From Klebsormidium nitens (taxonomy: Eukaryota; Plantae; Klebsormidiophyceae), in contig DF236963.1 of the NCBI GenBank assembly GCA_000708835.1, positions 1 through 64,000 on the forward strand: a DNA stretch of 64,000 nucleotides, given 5' to 3'. A program made the position numbers and the translations under genes. Within the stretch, counting starts at the first letter, position 1. Every line of letters begins with the position of its first letter. Below are positions 12,476-24,069 of the stretch, piece by piece. Below the pieces are notes generated by a model. The model ran no database searches. It was not told the DNA's origin and saw only the letters and a list, made by a program, of their open reading frames with translations.

Positions 12476-12529
12476 TGGTGCTTTGCTCCATTCAAGGAGC
12501 GAGGCAACCCGGAATGGAGCAAAGCACCA
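12476..12529. repeat. Perfect 18-bp inverted repeat with an 18-nt loop
   Basis: tggtgctttgctccattc (12476-12493) and gaatggagcaaagcacca (12512-12529) are exact reverse complements. Confidence 0.95.
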
Positions 12530-14318
12530 TTAATAAGTAATAATAAGTCGACAGCCTCATTGGCCGCGACGCGCGAACGTGAAAAGCAGTGGTGTGAACA
12601 GGACTCGTTAGATCTCGAGTCGGCTACTGTAGTACAGTCTCAGTACCACTAGTAAAAAGTCTTGCCACCTGGGCATTGAGGTGTAAGAAGGAAGAACTAC
12701 AAACATGGCGGACGCATACGATCGCATGGAGTACGTGCTGCTAGCTGACCTCAAATGAGTGCGTGCACCCCAGTGACTATTTTGCAAGCTCGTGACTGTG
12801 GGGCGGGCCGGAGCGCTCCGGCCCTTGTGAGTGTCCAAGTTATCGTCCCGGAGTCCACGTGGCGGATGCCGGAGTAGGATTCTCACCGCACGATTCCCAC
12901 ATTTTAAGTCAATTTTTTTCAAGCTTCAAGTTCGAACCGTCATGGGGGGGGTATCGAGGGCGCGGCGCTTCTAACCGCGGCTCTTATAGGCCGGGACGTA
13001 GCGGCGGTAGATACAACTAGAACCCGCGCGAATCCAGATTGAAAGGTAGTCATATGGGAGAACCTCACTGTTGGGTTCCCAATCTGACATGAAGTTTGTA
13101 CGATCATTCTAGCCCGGCAAGTGACAAATTGAACCTTGCAAAGTTGCTTCCGGCACCATTCTTTATGGATTGATGTATTCGTACAACGTTCAATTGTTCA
13201 GCCTAGCATCAACTATTTTTCGTATTCTATTGATCACGGTTGATGGCGCCTTATTGTTCACCGTGCCCCTGGGTATGAACGTCTGCACTTGTATATGTAT
13301 GCTATGTATACATTATGCATACCTACTTTGAGTGACTTCTATCATTGCACTCAACTGTGGTAAAGCCGCATGCGGCTTGTGCTAAGGGATGCCCTCGGAG
13401 GAATTGAGTAATGGGATATTGGCTCCGAATCGACAAGCTGGACGCCTGCTCGCAAGCACATCTCCGAAGCACCGTCATTGTGCCCCACCAAACTCTAGAG
13501 TTTCAACGAGCACTACTGTAGAGGATCGACTTGGAAGAATGGGCAGTGAAGGTATGATAGCCTTCAAATTAGATGTACGACGCCAGCCGCTTAGGAGAGA
13601 CACGGTTAGAACTCTGCAGAGGGGAGATGCTTTACGACCCCCACATAAAGAGAAACCATGCCAGTGTAAGATCTTGCTTGCAGGTAGATCGGAGATCATG
13701 TAGCTCAATTAGCTTGTTAGGTAGAACTCGGCCCCGACCCCATGTACTCAATTAAGCCCCATGCCTCGGTACGGGCTTTATAATGTGATGTATGTATGTA
13801 TGCATTGAACCGTCATTCGAACAGTCTCTGAACCAAGTCGATCATGAGAATCTTTTAGTAATTCCGGAAAGTGGATTCACATGTGATTCAATGTCTGTCG
13901 ACAAGAACGAACAAACTCTGAAAATATGAAGACCTTGGATGATGAACGCGTTCAGACGTGCACTAGCATTCGGGGATGCACTAGCTCTCCAGTCCGGTAT
14001 GTATTCCTTCAGGCTTGCTGGCGGATCGAATGGCTGACGATGGTTGCATGAAAAGTTGCTCCGATTATGCGGCGCATGTAGGTATGTGCGGGGAGTCGGG
14101 CTGCTCGGTTCGTCCTTTGACATTGGAACTATGTACATAGATGACAAGGTCAACGACAGTGGTTTATATATACACAACCTCTGAGCATCTTTCGAGCCCA
14201 GTCTGGCAGCAGAGAAGCCTGCATTTGCTTTTCAAAAACCTTTCAGCTTTTCCTAAGAGACGTATGCGCGAAAAGAGGGATACAATCTCAGACACCCTTG
14301 CACCCATTCGTCGTTTTA

Positions 14319-17300
14319 TCACGCAACTCTATCTGACTCCGACCCCAAGCGCGACACCGCTTCTCTCGACCGCGCCCGGCGGGCCACCGATAACCGGCTT
14401 CTCCCGCCCCCGCTAATCCCCGATTCTTTGAACGCTTTCAGAAGCGAGTCGTCCTTATAAGCCGCCCCGCTGTTGACCGGAGACTTCGACCGCCGGGCAA
14501 ACGTCTCCGGCTTCTGCTCGTTCTCGTATCCCCAGTGCAACGCCCCGGGTTTCCGCTCGATCGCGACGCTCTCAAACGCGTGCTGAATCTCCTTTTCCAA
14601 CTTCCCCTGCGGCTTCCACCGGTCCTCGATCACGTCGCGCTTCACCCCCCGACTGCCCCCCCGACTTGACACGTTCGACATCGAGGTCGAAGGCTGCAGC
14701 CCCTGCGCGCTGTCCCGTTCTTTCGACGGCTGAGTTTTTCTATCTTCGCCGCGGTGGCGGCCGCGACCCATGACGCGCGCCACCTCAGCATCGCAGTCCG
14801 ACTCCCCGGAGGTTCCCGCCGGTCGATCTCTTACCCCCACTTTCGGCAACCGCCGACTTTCATCAATTTCTCTATTTTCCCCTCCTTCCCACGTTCGTTC
14901 TGAACCCCCTTCACAAGCATCCCTTTCCCCTGCTTCTTCCGCAGCGGATCTTTCTACTCTTTCCTCTCCTTCCCCAACTCCTTCAAACTCGTCCTCGGAA
15001 CACCCCATTTCGTCTTCGCTGCCACTTTCCCCGTCATCTCTTCCCCCGGCCTTCAACTGACTCTGCAGACTCGGCAGCCCGTCCAAGTAGTCTTCCAAAC
15101 CCTTTCCCCCCGCTGACGCGCGCGCGCCCCGCGCGACGTCGCCCTCGACGAGGCCCACGATCCTCGGCAGCGGCTCCAGCGCCCCAAAGTTCCGGACGAA
15201 CAACCCCGGAAGCCGGTCCTCCCCGTCCGGACCGTCCGACCGCTCATTCACACCGTCCGAACTCCTATTCAAGCCGTCCGAATTCTTATTCCCGCCGTCC
15301 GAAGCGGCCCCCGCCCCACTGCCAGCGCGCGCGCGCGCCCCCCACTTGATCTTCCCGTCCAGCAGCGCGCGAAGCTCGAGCATCGCGCTCTCGTCGCTGC
15401 CTGACGTCAACTTCTCCAGGCCGGACTCCTTCCGGTAGCGGAGCGTCCGGAATGGCGAGGTGGTGTAAAGCCGCTCCACCCAGGCCGCGGGCGGGGCGCC
15501 CTTAGAGCTCCCGGAAGCGCTCTTCTCGGGGCTCAGCGCGGGTAACCCGGAAGGCTTCCCGGGGGCCGAGTCTGGATCCCCAGGGGGCGCTTCGAGTTTG
15601 AGCTCGCTGCAGTAGAGCAGCCAGAGGTTGCCGTGCAGGTCGTTCTTGAAGGTCAGCCGCATGTGGGCGATCTCTGCGGAGCGGAAAAAGCGGAAGAGGG
15701 GTCAGGTTTCCGCAACAAGAGTCGTCGAGAAAGCCGAGCTCTTGAAGGTCAGCCAACACGTAGGCCACATCAGCGGAGCACGCGAAACGGAAGAGGAATC
15801 AGCATTCGAGCAACGGAAGTAGTTGGAGAGGAGGAGCTCGCTAAGGTCAGGCGCGTGTGGGCGATCTCTGCGGAGCGGAAGTAGCGGAAGAAGGGTCAGG
15901 TTCTGATCAACAAGAGTCGTCAGAAAGCCGAGTCTTGGAAGGTCTGCCGGCACGTGAGCGATGTTTACGGAGCGGATCGTGGTCGGATTCCACCTAGAAG
16001 GCCGCAAGTGGCCTGGCGAAGAGCGCAAATAGCTTCAGACTTGCGTTGGGACTTGCGAATCGGACGGAATGAGTTGCTAAAGGTAACAGCTTCAAAGCAA
16101 GAAGACACGCTCCTAAGAGCATGAAGCGCGACAGCCGACTCAAACTACTTCTGTGGGGACATTTTTTTACGGCGCTGGTCGGTGATTCCAGAAAGACTGG
16201 GTTGTTCGTCTACCAGCTTCGAACCAAGTGAAACGGCAACCATATTGCTGATTACATAAGACGGAAGCTGAAAAGAAACAGAAGCGGCACGGCAGCTACT
16301 TACTGTATTTCTGCGAGGACACTTCGTAGACGTGCGCCGGTTGGCGAGTGCGACATAGACTAGGTCGTTCGCTCCCAGCTATGCACCGAGTAAACGGCAA
16401 CCCGAGTAGAAGAGATGGAAGCTAAAAAGAAACGGAAGCCTCACGGCGGCTGACTCACTGTCAAAATGCGGGGACACTTCGTAGACGGCGCTGCTCCGCA
16501 AGTGCCAGATAGACTGGGCCGTTCGGTTACCAGCTTCGCACCAAGTAACCAGCGCTCAAGTATCCAATCATAAGAGCCAGAAGAGGCAGAGAAAGGCACG
16601 TCGCCTGACTCACTGTACCTCTGCGGTGAAACTTGGACGACGTGTTCTGATCGGCGCTTTCGAGATAGCCGGGGATGTTCGGCTACCAGCTTCGCACCAG
16701 GGAAACAGCAAATCGAGTATCCAATCATAAGAGCCAGAAGAGGCAGAGAAAGGCACGTCGCCTGACTCACTATATTTCTGCGGTGAAACTTGGACGACGT
16801 GTTCTGATCGGCGCTTTCCAGATAGACGGGGTTGTTCGCTACCAGCTTCGCACCAGGTAACCAGCAAATCAAGTATCGGATCATAAGAGCCGAAAGCGAA
16901 AAAAGACAGAGGCTGGCTCACTGTATTTCTGCGGGGACACTTTGTAGACGTGCGCCGCGATGTTGTTGCAGACCGCGAGCAGCCGCTGCGTGATCAGCAG
17001 CGACACCTCGCCACGTGGCAGCGGCAGCTCCTCGTTGGCCTTGCCGCGCCCGCTGTACTTGTCGTGCGGCTTCACGGGCCTGCGGGAGGGGTTTGAAGCG
17101 GGTTTGAAGCCGGTTTGATCTGGGTTTGAACTGTTTTGAACCGGTCACCCAAACCCCAGCTTCACGGGCCTGCGGGAGGGGGTTTGTTTGTGTGTTGGAA
17201 CTCAGTTTAATCAGCCCGTGGATACATTGTACTGAGTTTCTGACCGAACGCGCGAACTTAACCTGTTATGAGGTAACATGGCCGGTTTTAAATGTATCAT

Positions 17301-18892
17301 TTAGCTTGTTTTGTTGGACCCCTCTTCATTGCTAACACTGCTGTGACTCAGTCCCATGTTGTTTGGAAGTTTTGCAGAAAGGCTGTCTCATCTCTACTCT
17401 CTACGTTGTCTCTCGGTCACCCTACGTTCGTCGAACCGGTGACCCAACGGTTGTTTTTCCGGCCCGGCATCCGTTCCTTTCAAAGGATTTCTGCGGGTGT
17501 AATTGCCTTTTGCCAAGTCTTTTCGACCACCTCAAGCTTCCAAGCTGCCAATACGAAGATCGTCTTTAGAGGCTACGGATTTCCAGAAAGAAGAACGACT
17601 TTGCCTAGCAATCAAAACGCGATGTGTTTTCACACCGCCATTGAAACGCGACGTTTCAAATGAAACCCAAAAGCGCCTCGTATTCACAACATTTGTCCAC
17701 GTACCTGGGGAAGGTGGAGCTGCGGTACATATAGAAAAGCTTGGGAGGCCTTTAAAGCCCTAGGGTCCCAAGTACTTCTCAGGGTGTTAGGATCTTAGGG
17801 GTTAGCGTTGTAAAGTGTCTTTTTACTCACCTCGGGAAGGTGGAGCTGCGGTCCATGTAGAAGAAGTTGGGGTACCAGTAGCAGGTAATAAGCACGTTCT
17901 TGTCGCCAAATGGCATCACGAACCGCTGCAGCAGCCCGTCCGAGAGGGACCCCGCCATCAGCGCGTCGCGCAGCGCGCGCTCGTCCAGGTGGCTCACCGT
18001 CAGGCCCTCCTCGCTGCGATCACACAAAGGCACGACTTTGGGGTTTTGGGAGCTCAAATGTGGGGGTTTCGGGCGATTTTTTGAGAGGAAAGCCCCAGGA
18101 GCCGTCGATCAGGACCTCTTCAGTAGTGTGTTCCACAGTGCGCGTACAACCAGATAGCTCAAGTTCAAACCGCTCTCGCAGTGATGCAAGGACGTAGGCT
18201 TTGACACAGGAAGCAGGTCTTCTATATGGCTTGATCACCCAGTCTTTTTTCTCATGGCCTCCCACTTTGTTCTGGAGCCGCAATGGCGGTTCAAAGATCA
18301 TGTTGAGAATCCTGGCATGTCACTAGCTCCTACTTCCTCGTTGCGCCTTCCCAACACAGCTGTCACCAGATGCAGTTCGCACAGGCCTTTGACACGCCCC
18401 CAATGTTGTTCTGGAGATTGCAAGCATCCTCAACCCCCTCCGCATCTTCTCACCTCCTTCGTTGCAACTTTACGACATCACGTAAGAACCAGATCCTCAC
18501 GACCAAACCTCTGAGCAAGCCGTCACAAACAAGCTCAAGGACCACCCTCCCGGACTGTGCCTCGATTGATTCATGTCACCTTTACGCAAGCCTATGCAAA
18601 CACGCTCCGAAACAACCCTCACCTCGACTCATCCGGGACGATCTGCATCGCTTTGATGCTCCCCAGCATCGTGTGCTTCTCCGGGCCCCGGAGCATTGCG
18701 TACAAGATATGCCGCGCGCGCTTAAGCTTGTCGGAGTTCTTCCGCAGGAGCCGGCCCGAGGCGCCCGTGAAGTACCAACTGACCGCACGTCCGTTCAGGA
18801 TCGCGAGCGTGTCCGGAATCCGGACGCCGGGACATGAGCAGCCCTGGGAGTTGACGGCCCATAGGTAGTGGAACAGGTTGGACAGGTGGCAT
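14319..18892 (-). CDS. Conserved hypothetical protein (LFHYLW/IPDT/WYFT motifs) with a low-complexity C-terminus; 5' end unresolved
   Basis: Exons 18892-18623, 18013-17831, 17080-16922 and 15673-14319 join in phase. Product: CHLSNLFHYLWAVNSQGCSCPGVRIPDT..SWYFTGASGRLLRKN..GLLQRFVMPFGDKNVLITCYW..MRLTFKNDLHGNLWLLYCSELKL. Confidence 0.7.
15640..15985 (-). repeat. Four tandem units of about 95-100 bp spanning an acceptor site and exon start
   Basis: The (ctt)gaaggtcagc...gcgatctctgcggagcgga unit recurs at about 15645, 15740, 15843 and 15937. Units 1 and 3 share acaagagtcgtc..agaaagccgag. Confidence 0.85.
16135..16960 (-). repeat. Six tandem units of about 155 bp, each holding the exon 3' end plus donor site
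   Basis: The plus-strand motif (ctcac/cttac)tgtatttctgcggggacactt..gtagac recurs at about 16143, 16298, 16453, 16608, 16765 and 16916 (the real junction). Confidence 0.9.
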
Positions 18893-20054
18893 CTGGGGAG
18901 GAGATATGTATAGGAGCGGTATAGGTGAGAATGGCCTGAGAACGAACATGAGAAGCTAAGTCGAAGACTGATACCTGCAAACGCGGGCTTAACGGTCGAC
19001 ACCCTTCAGGTGATGTAGTGATCGGACTGAGGGCATCGGAGAATTTTAAGCAAGGGTCAGCCGTGATTAGAACGGCTCAAGAAAAAGCACGGAGAGCTGA
19101 GTTCGAGATGAGATCTGCGAAAGAGTTACAGTGCAGCCTTAGCCAATAACGGCCCACAGATATGCAAGCAGAGGTGAGAGGTGACGACTGGAAAAGGGGA
19201 GACAAGGTTCAGCAAGGGTTAGATGGCGTTATGCTGAACGTTGAGAGGACAGCTGCAGATTTCAGTGGACTCCTTTGAAGGGCAAAGAAATTGGTGATCA
19301 GAGACGTTTCTTGTCGCGTTCGACTGAACCTTGAGGCAGAGTCTAGCAAGAGCCGAATGTTCTACTTCAAGAACATAAAGCAGAAGAGGGTGAAAGGAGA
19401 CCTTTGGATCCATTGTAAGACGACTATCCAACAGCTGGATAAATGAGGTGATTGGCTGGTGCAAACGGCATTGAGAAGACGTTTCATCGTTTCGTACTGC
19501 ATTAGAACCTCCGGAGGTCAGGACATCTCCTTTTCTGATCCCGAGAGTGCCAGCTGGGAGCAGCGGCACTGGTTGACATTTGAACAATTTCACTGGCCAC
19601 TTTGTCCGCCAGTGTTGACTCCAGGCTTTGGGAGACCTTTTTGAGACGTTGTGATCTGAATAGAAGATGCTTGAGCTGGAGTTTGCCCTTTGCAAGCCTC
19701 AATGAAGCACACAAGTGGAACCAGGGATCTAGGGGGCAGACAGGATGAGCTGGCAGCTGAGCAGCAGTTCTGCACTAAAGGTTTTTTTGCAAACTCACTT
19801 ATCGCTAGCCAGTGGAGCATGTCATCAATACCTTGTTCTCCCAATCCTGTCATTGCACTGATGCCAGTACACATCATTGTACACTGCAAACTTTAAAGCC
19901 TTGGGCGCTCCAACCTTCCTCCCATTGAGGTCCTTGACCTCTCGCTCGTCAAGGAGACTCAATTTGCATTGATTGAATGGATCAACCCACAGCATTGTGC
20001 AGCTGCCAAACAGACTCCCACCCCGCAGCCCCTAGCAATATTTGGCAACTGCGC

Positions 20055-21735
20055 TCACTTTGAAGGCTGGTAGTCCAACCGATTGTACAGCATGATGCGC
20101 TCAGCTTCCTTCCGATGCCTCCGCAACTCCTCCGCTCGCCTTGCATCCGCTTTGACCTCCTTACAGAAGTACTCGAGCCTAGAGGACGGCTTGGCCTTGG
20201 TGTGCGCAGCTTGGGGGGGGTCTGGCCCAGCAGAAGAGTGCTCTCTGTGCTGCGAGGGGGGCCTTGGGAAGGTGGGTGCCTGGCTGACACGTGGCAGGCC
20301 CCTGTCCAGGTCAGAGTAATTGAACGCTGGGGCCACAGGAGAAGCACGGTTCTCCATGGGGGATGATGAAGCAGGACACGTTGGTAATATTTCAGCAAGG
20401 GCATGGTCTGAGCATCTTCAAGATTAGGGTTTCAAGTGCAAATGCTCTTCTTTCAACGAGGAACGCTTGAAATGCGGCCTTTGGCATTCTCCTTGGTTAG
20501 GCAACGTTCAATTTTCCCCTCGTGAGATCAAAATCCTGGAATGTATTGCAGGCTGCTTCTGAATGAGGCAGTCAGGACGAAACCCTAATCTTTGCTACAT
20601 ACACCAGCATCAACAAAATGGAGGCGACATCGCAGCCAAAACATCGCAATCAGTGCTGATCAGAAAGCATTGCGTCCCTCACTATCCCAGGGCCATGGCG
20701 GCAGAAGACTGACGGGGGATGAGCCCATTGGCTGCATTCAATGGCATTGGAAGGGCGTCCTCCTGAAACACTGTCACTAGATGGATCTCATTGATGTGGC
20801 GCTTCGGCGGAGCCTGGGCGCGCGCGAGCGGCGGGCGCTTTACAGCAGCCGTACTGTAGCACAAACATTTTATCAATTTAATTGTGGCCAATCCCGTCCA
20901 TCAATCAGAGTGGCGCAGCGGAAGCGTGGTGGGCCCATAACCCACAGGTCGAAGGATCGAAACCTTCCTCTGATAGAGAGTTGCAAGCTTCCGAACGTTC
21001 TTTTTGATTGCCCCCACTAGCTCCCGCATGCAGCGCCTTAGAAGCTCACCACCACTGCTGAAGATAGGACAGACTCAGGCCGGAGTACTTCTTGCAGCTT
21101 CACATACATTAGCAACTCCATTTTGTTGATCACATCAAAGGCGGTTAGCGATGCAAGATTCAGAGGACCAGCCAACGCCTCTCGAGCGAGCGCCGCGAGT
21201 GCGCCGCGCCGCAAAGAGTGAGGAGATCAGCGAACGCCTGGTCACATTCATCGAGGAAGGGTGTCCCGTCCGCCCCCACAAAGTGCGGCCGAAGCCCATC
21301 GCCGTGTGGGCGTTCCAGGCCTTCTTGGGGGGGCTGACGGTCCAGGCTGCAAGGAAGGACAGATGGAGCTCCGCAACCGCGTTTGCAGGGTTCAGCTTGG
21401 CAGCTGAGCTGTTTGGGCACGGCATTTTTGACCCGGACTTCCCGATACGGATCCGGGTGGACTCGCATGCGGCGTCGCGCCAGGGGGCGGCAGGAACCGC
21501 GCTGGCATTGGGGCTTGGAGGCGAAGGTGTGGGAGCGGGATTGGGATTTTTTGGGGGGGCCTCGGCTGGGGAGAGTGAGCGGGACTTGTCGATTGGGGCG
21601 GGGGCGTCAACCGCTGCACGGTTGACGGGCAAGGGAAAAAAGTTCTGAAGGGCTGCTCACAAGTCTTCGGAGTTGGCGGTTGTACATGCACTTTGTATTT
21701 TAGACCGCTTTTTATGCTCGCTATGGAGTCACCCA
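20055..21735 (-). CDS. Probable coding exons of unknown function; possibly the 5' part of the WYFT gene
   Basis: MGDSIASIKSGLKYKVHVQPPTPKT, a short GT-AG intron, then continuation in the frame of ORF 21135-21632. ORF 20055-20357 ends at a gtgag donor-like site. No family recognised. Confidence 0.35.
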
Positions 21736-24069
21736 TCAAGACCAACTACAAGAGAGATCATTCGGCGTGCGAGCATAGCGCCTCAAAACACCCAGCATAC
21801 AGCCGGGTTGATTGCACAAGTCCGTCGCTGAAGTTGACATTCTAGGCCCGCTGGACGTGCATCTTGTAGTCAAGCCCGCTGCAACGCAAATCCAAGTTGC
21901 ATACACCATCGAACAAATGTAAGCTGTGCATCAACCTTATGCAACCTTATTGCGTGAGGTGATCAGCCGGTCCCAGCCAAGCCTGAAGGGTGTCCTTATG
22001 GCTTGCTTGACGTTGGCATTGCGATGCAGTTGTCTGGAGGATTCTTAGCATAGATCTGCTCCGTAGATAAATCAGATTCCCAAAAGCAAGGCTAGAGCAG
22101 TACAGATTCACTCATAAACTACTTGGCACACTGAATAACAGATCACATGGTAGCTGACATTGTTACAGCCACACAACATTCGTATGAGATCTACAGATTG
22201 GCAAGCTAATAGTCACGATTTTTGTATCAAATTGTCAATTCGGAGCTGGCACCGAAGTGTTTCATTGAAGACAGGCTTCCTGCCAAGTGTCCTAGAGTCC
22301 ATTGATGGAGCACATCAGACCTTGTCGAGTTGAACTCCTTTAGACTGGTGAATCAGAAAGTCGAAAGTCTGTGACCATGCCACGCATCAAATGCATGTGC
22401 AAATGGTTGCAAGGCAGATGGGTTGGTACAATTCAGCAGCTGCCTCGTTTGTCATCTACCTACTCACATGGCCTGCACTTTGCATATAAATGACAATCAA
22501 TCTGCTCTGGCTAAACTTGTGGCCACTGCGTCCACTTGTGGGCGACCGTTTGCGCGTGAGGGTTCAATGAACGTTGAGGAACTTGGGGTCCACGAATTGA
22601 TCGAGCCCCTGTCAGTTTGTCCATTCTTCAGTGACACCGATTTATATTGGCCCAGAGCACAATGACCTAGTCGGAATGATATGGTCGTGATTAATATGTT
22701 CGTGCTTAATGTGGGATTTGAGAATCTGTGAGCATGATATATATTCTGTAGAACAGTTTGTTGTATACGTCATTTAAGCAGTGCCGGGCCAATAGCTAGC
22801 CTCTAGTAGAATATTACGTGCAACCTAATGTATCCAAGCTGACTCAGTGACTGTTGCGCGATCAATATAAGTACTGCATGCATGTCTGCATACCGACGCA
22901 TGGAGTTGCACGCGGCCAGCATTATGTCCGTTTGCTAGCTTGAATCACTTAGTGTAAGCGACGAATGAAAAGGGTTACGATTGTCGCATGGTCAATATCC
23001 TTCTCTAAATGCGATTGCCTGCAAGTATCGAGTAACTCGCTCGTGAGCCAGGAGCTCGGACAACAGCTGAAGTTGGCAATGCAGGTTGCACAATCTGCAC
23101 ATGATTTGATGACGGTGAAGTATTGAAACGTCACTACCTTCCATCTACTGCTCCATACACGCCCGGACAAGCGGAGCATGGGGGATGCAGTAGGACAAGT
23201 TGAAACGAGGTGCTAGCCCTGCCAACAAAGTGTCTAGCCCTGTGCGGAATCAACACCTGACTGATTACCTTGGGACATGTATGTACAAACCCACAATCTT
23301 CGCACACCTCTGTCAGCTTTCCACCGGACTTAAGGGGTATCACACGAGCGACTCCCGGAAGACTGTACACTGGTGCTGACCGATACCTAGATTATCTGCC
23401 ACCTGTCACTCGCTTCCGAACTCCAGTGATGCAACGATTTATGCTCGCGTGTCTTCTACATTCCGACGGCCGCTAACGGAACCTCCTCGTGTTCCTCCTC
23501 TTCCGGGTGCGCTTCTGGGTGCGGTTGCGTGTCGGCACTCTCCGCCTTTCTCGAAACACTCGGCTGCAAGACGGGAGTATCGATCTTTAGCGACGCTCGA
23601 CCTTACTGGATCGGTCCGCAATTCTGCTAAGGATGCGCGTCGACCGAAAAGCTGCAAAAGGCTTTTGAGTTTTCACAGCCAGTCGGATGGCTTTGCAGGT
23701 CCACGTGGTATACCAAGGTACATACCAAAGGAATAATATGGCATGACAGGTACCGTACCTCCTACCTCTCGGTACTACAAAGGCAACACTGGAGACCAGG
23801 TGAGTTTTCGGTCGACGCGCAATCTAAATACTCTGTCGTTGTTAGACCAAGGACAGTCGCAAGCCCAGGCTCGAGCAGTTACCGTTCATCTTCATTGGCA
23901 CTCGGCTGCCAACGCGCGATAGCCCTTTTTATCCATCGATGAAGCAAGCGGTGCGTTAGCCAAGCCCTCAGCCGACCCAAAGACGCCAACACGTTCAACA
24001 CAAGCGAAGCGTCCGTGGCGCTTGCTGACGACAGAGACAAACATCAAACAAGCTTGGGCGATCCACACC

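Noticed and set aside
12705-12758. Short ORF MADAYDRMEYVLLADLK with good start context
   Set aside because: Only 17 codons, with no homology or continuation recognisable.
16135-16960. CRISPR-like array
   Set aside because: Whole ~155-bp units are homologous, with no unique spacers, and they derive from the host exon-intron junction. The context is eukaryotic.
21151-21648. Plus-strand 165-aa ORF
   Set aside because: Probably the antisense shadow of the minus-strand exon, which has matching splice signals. Not fully excluded.
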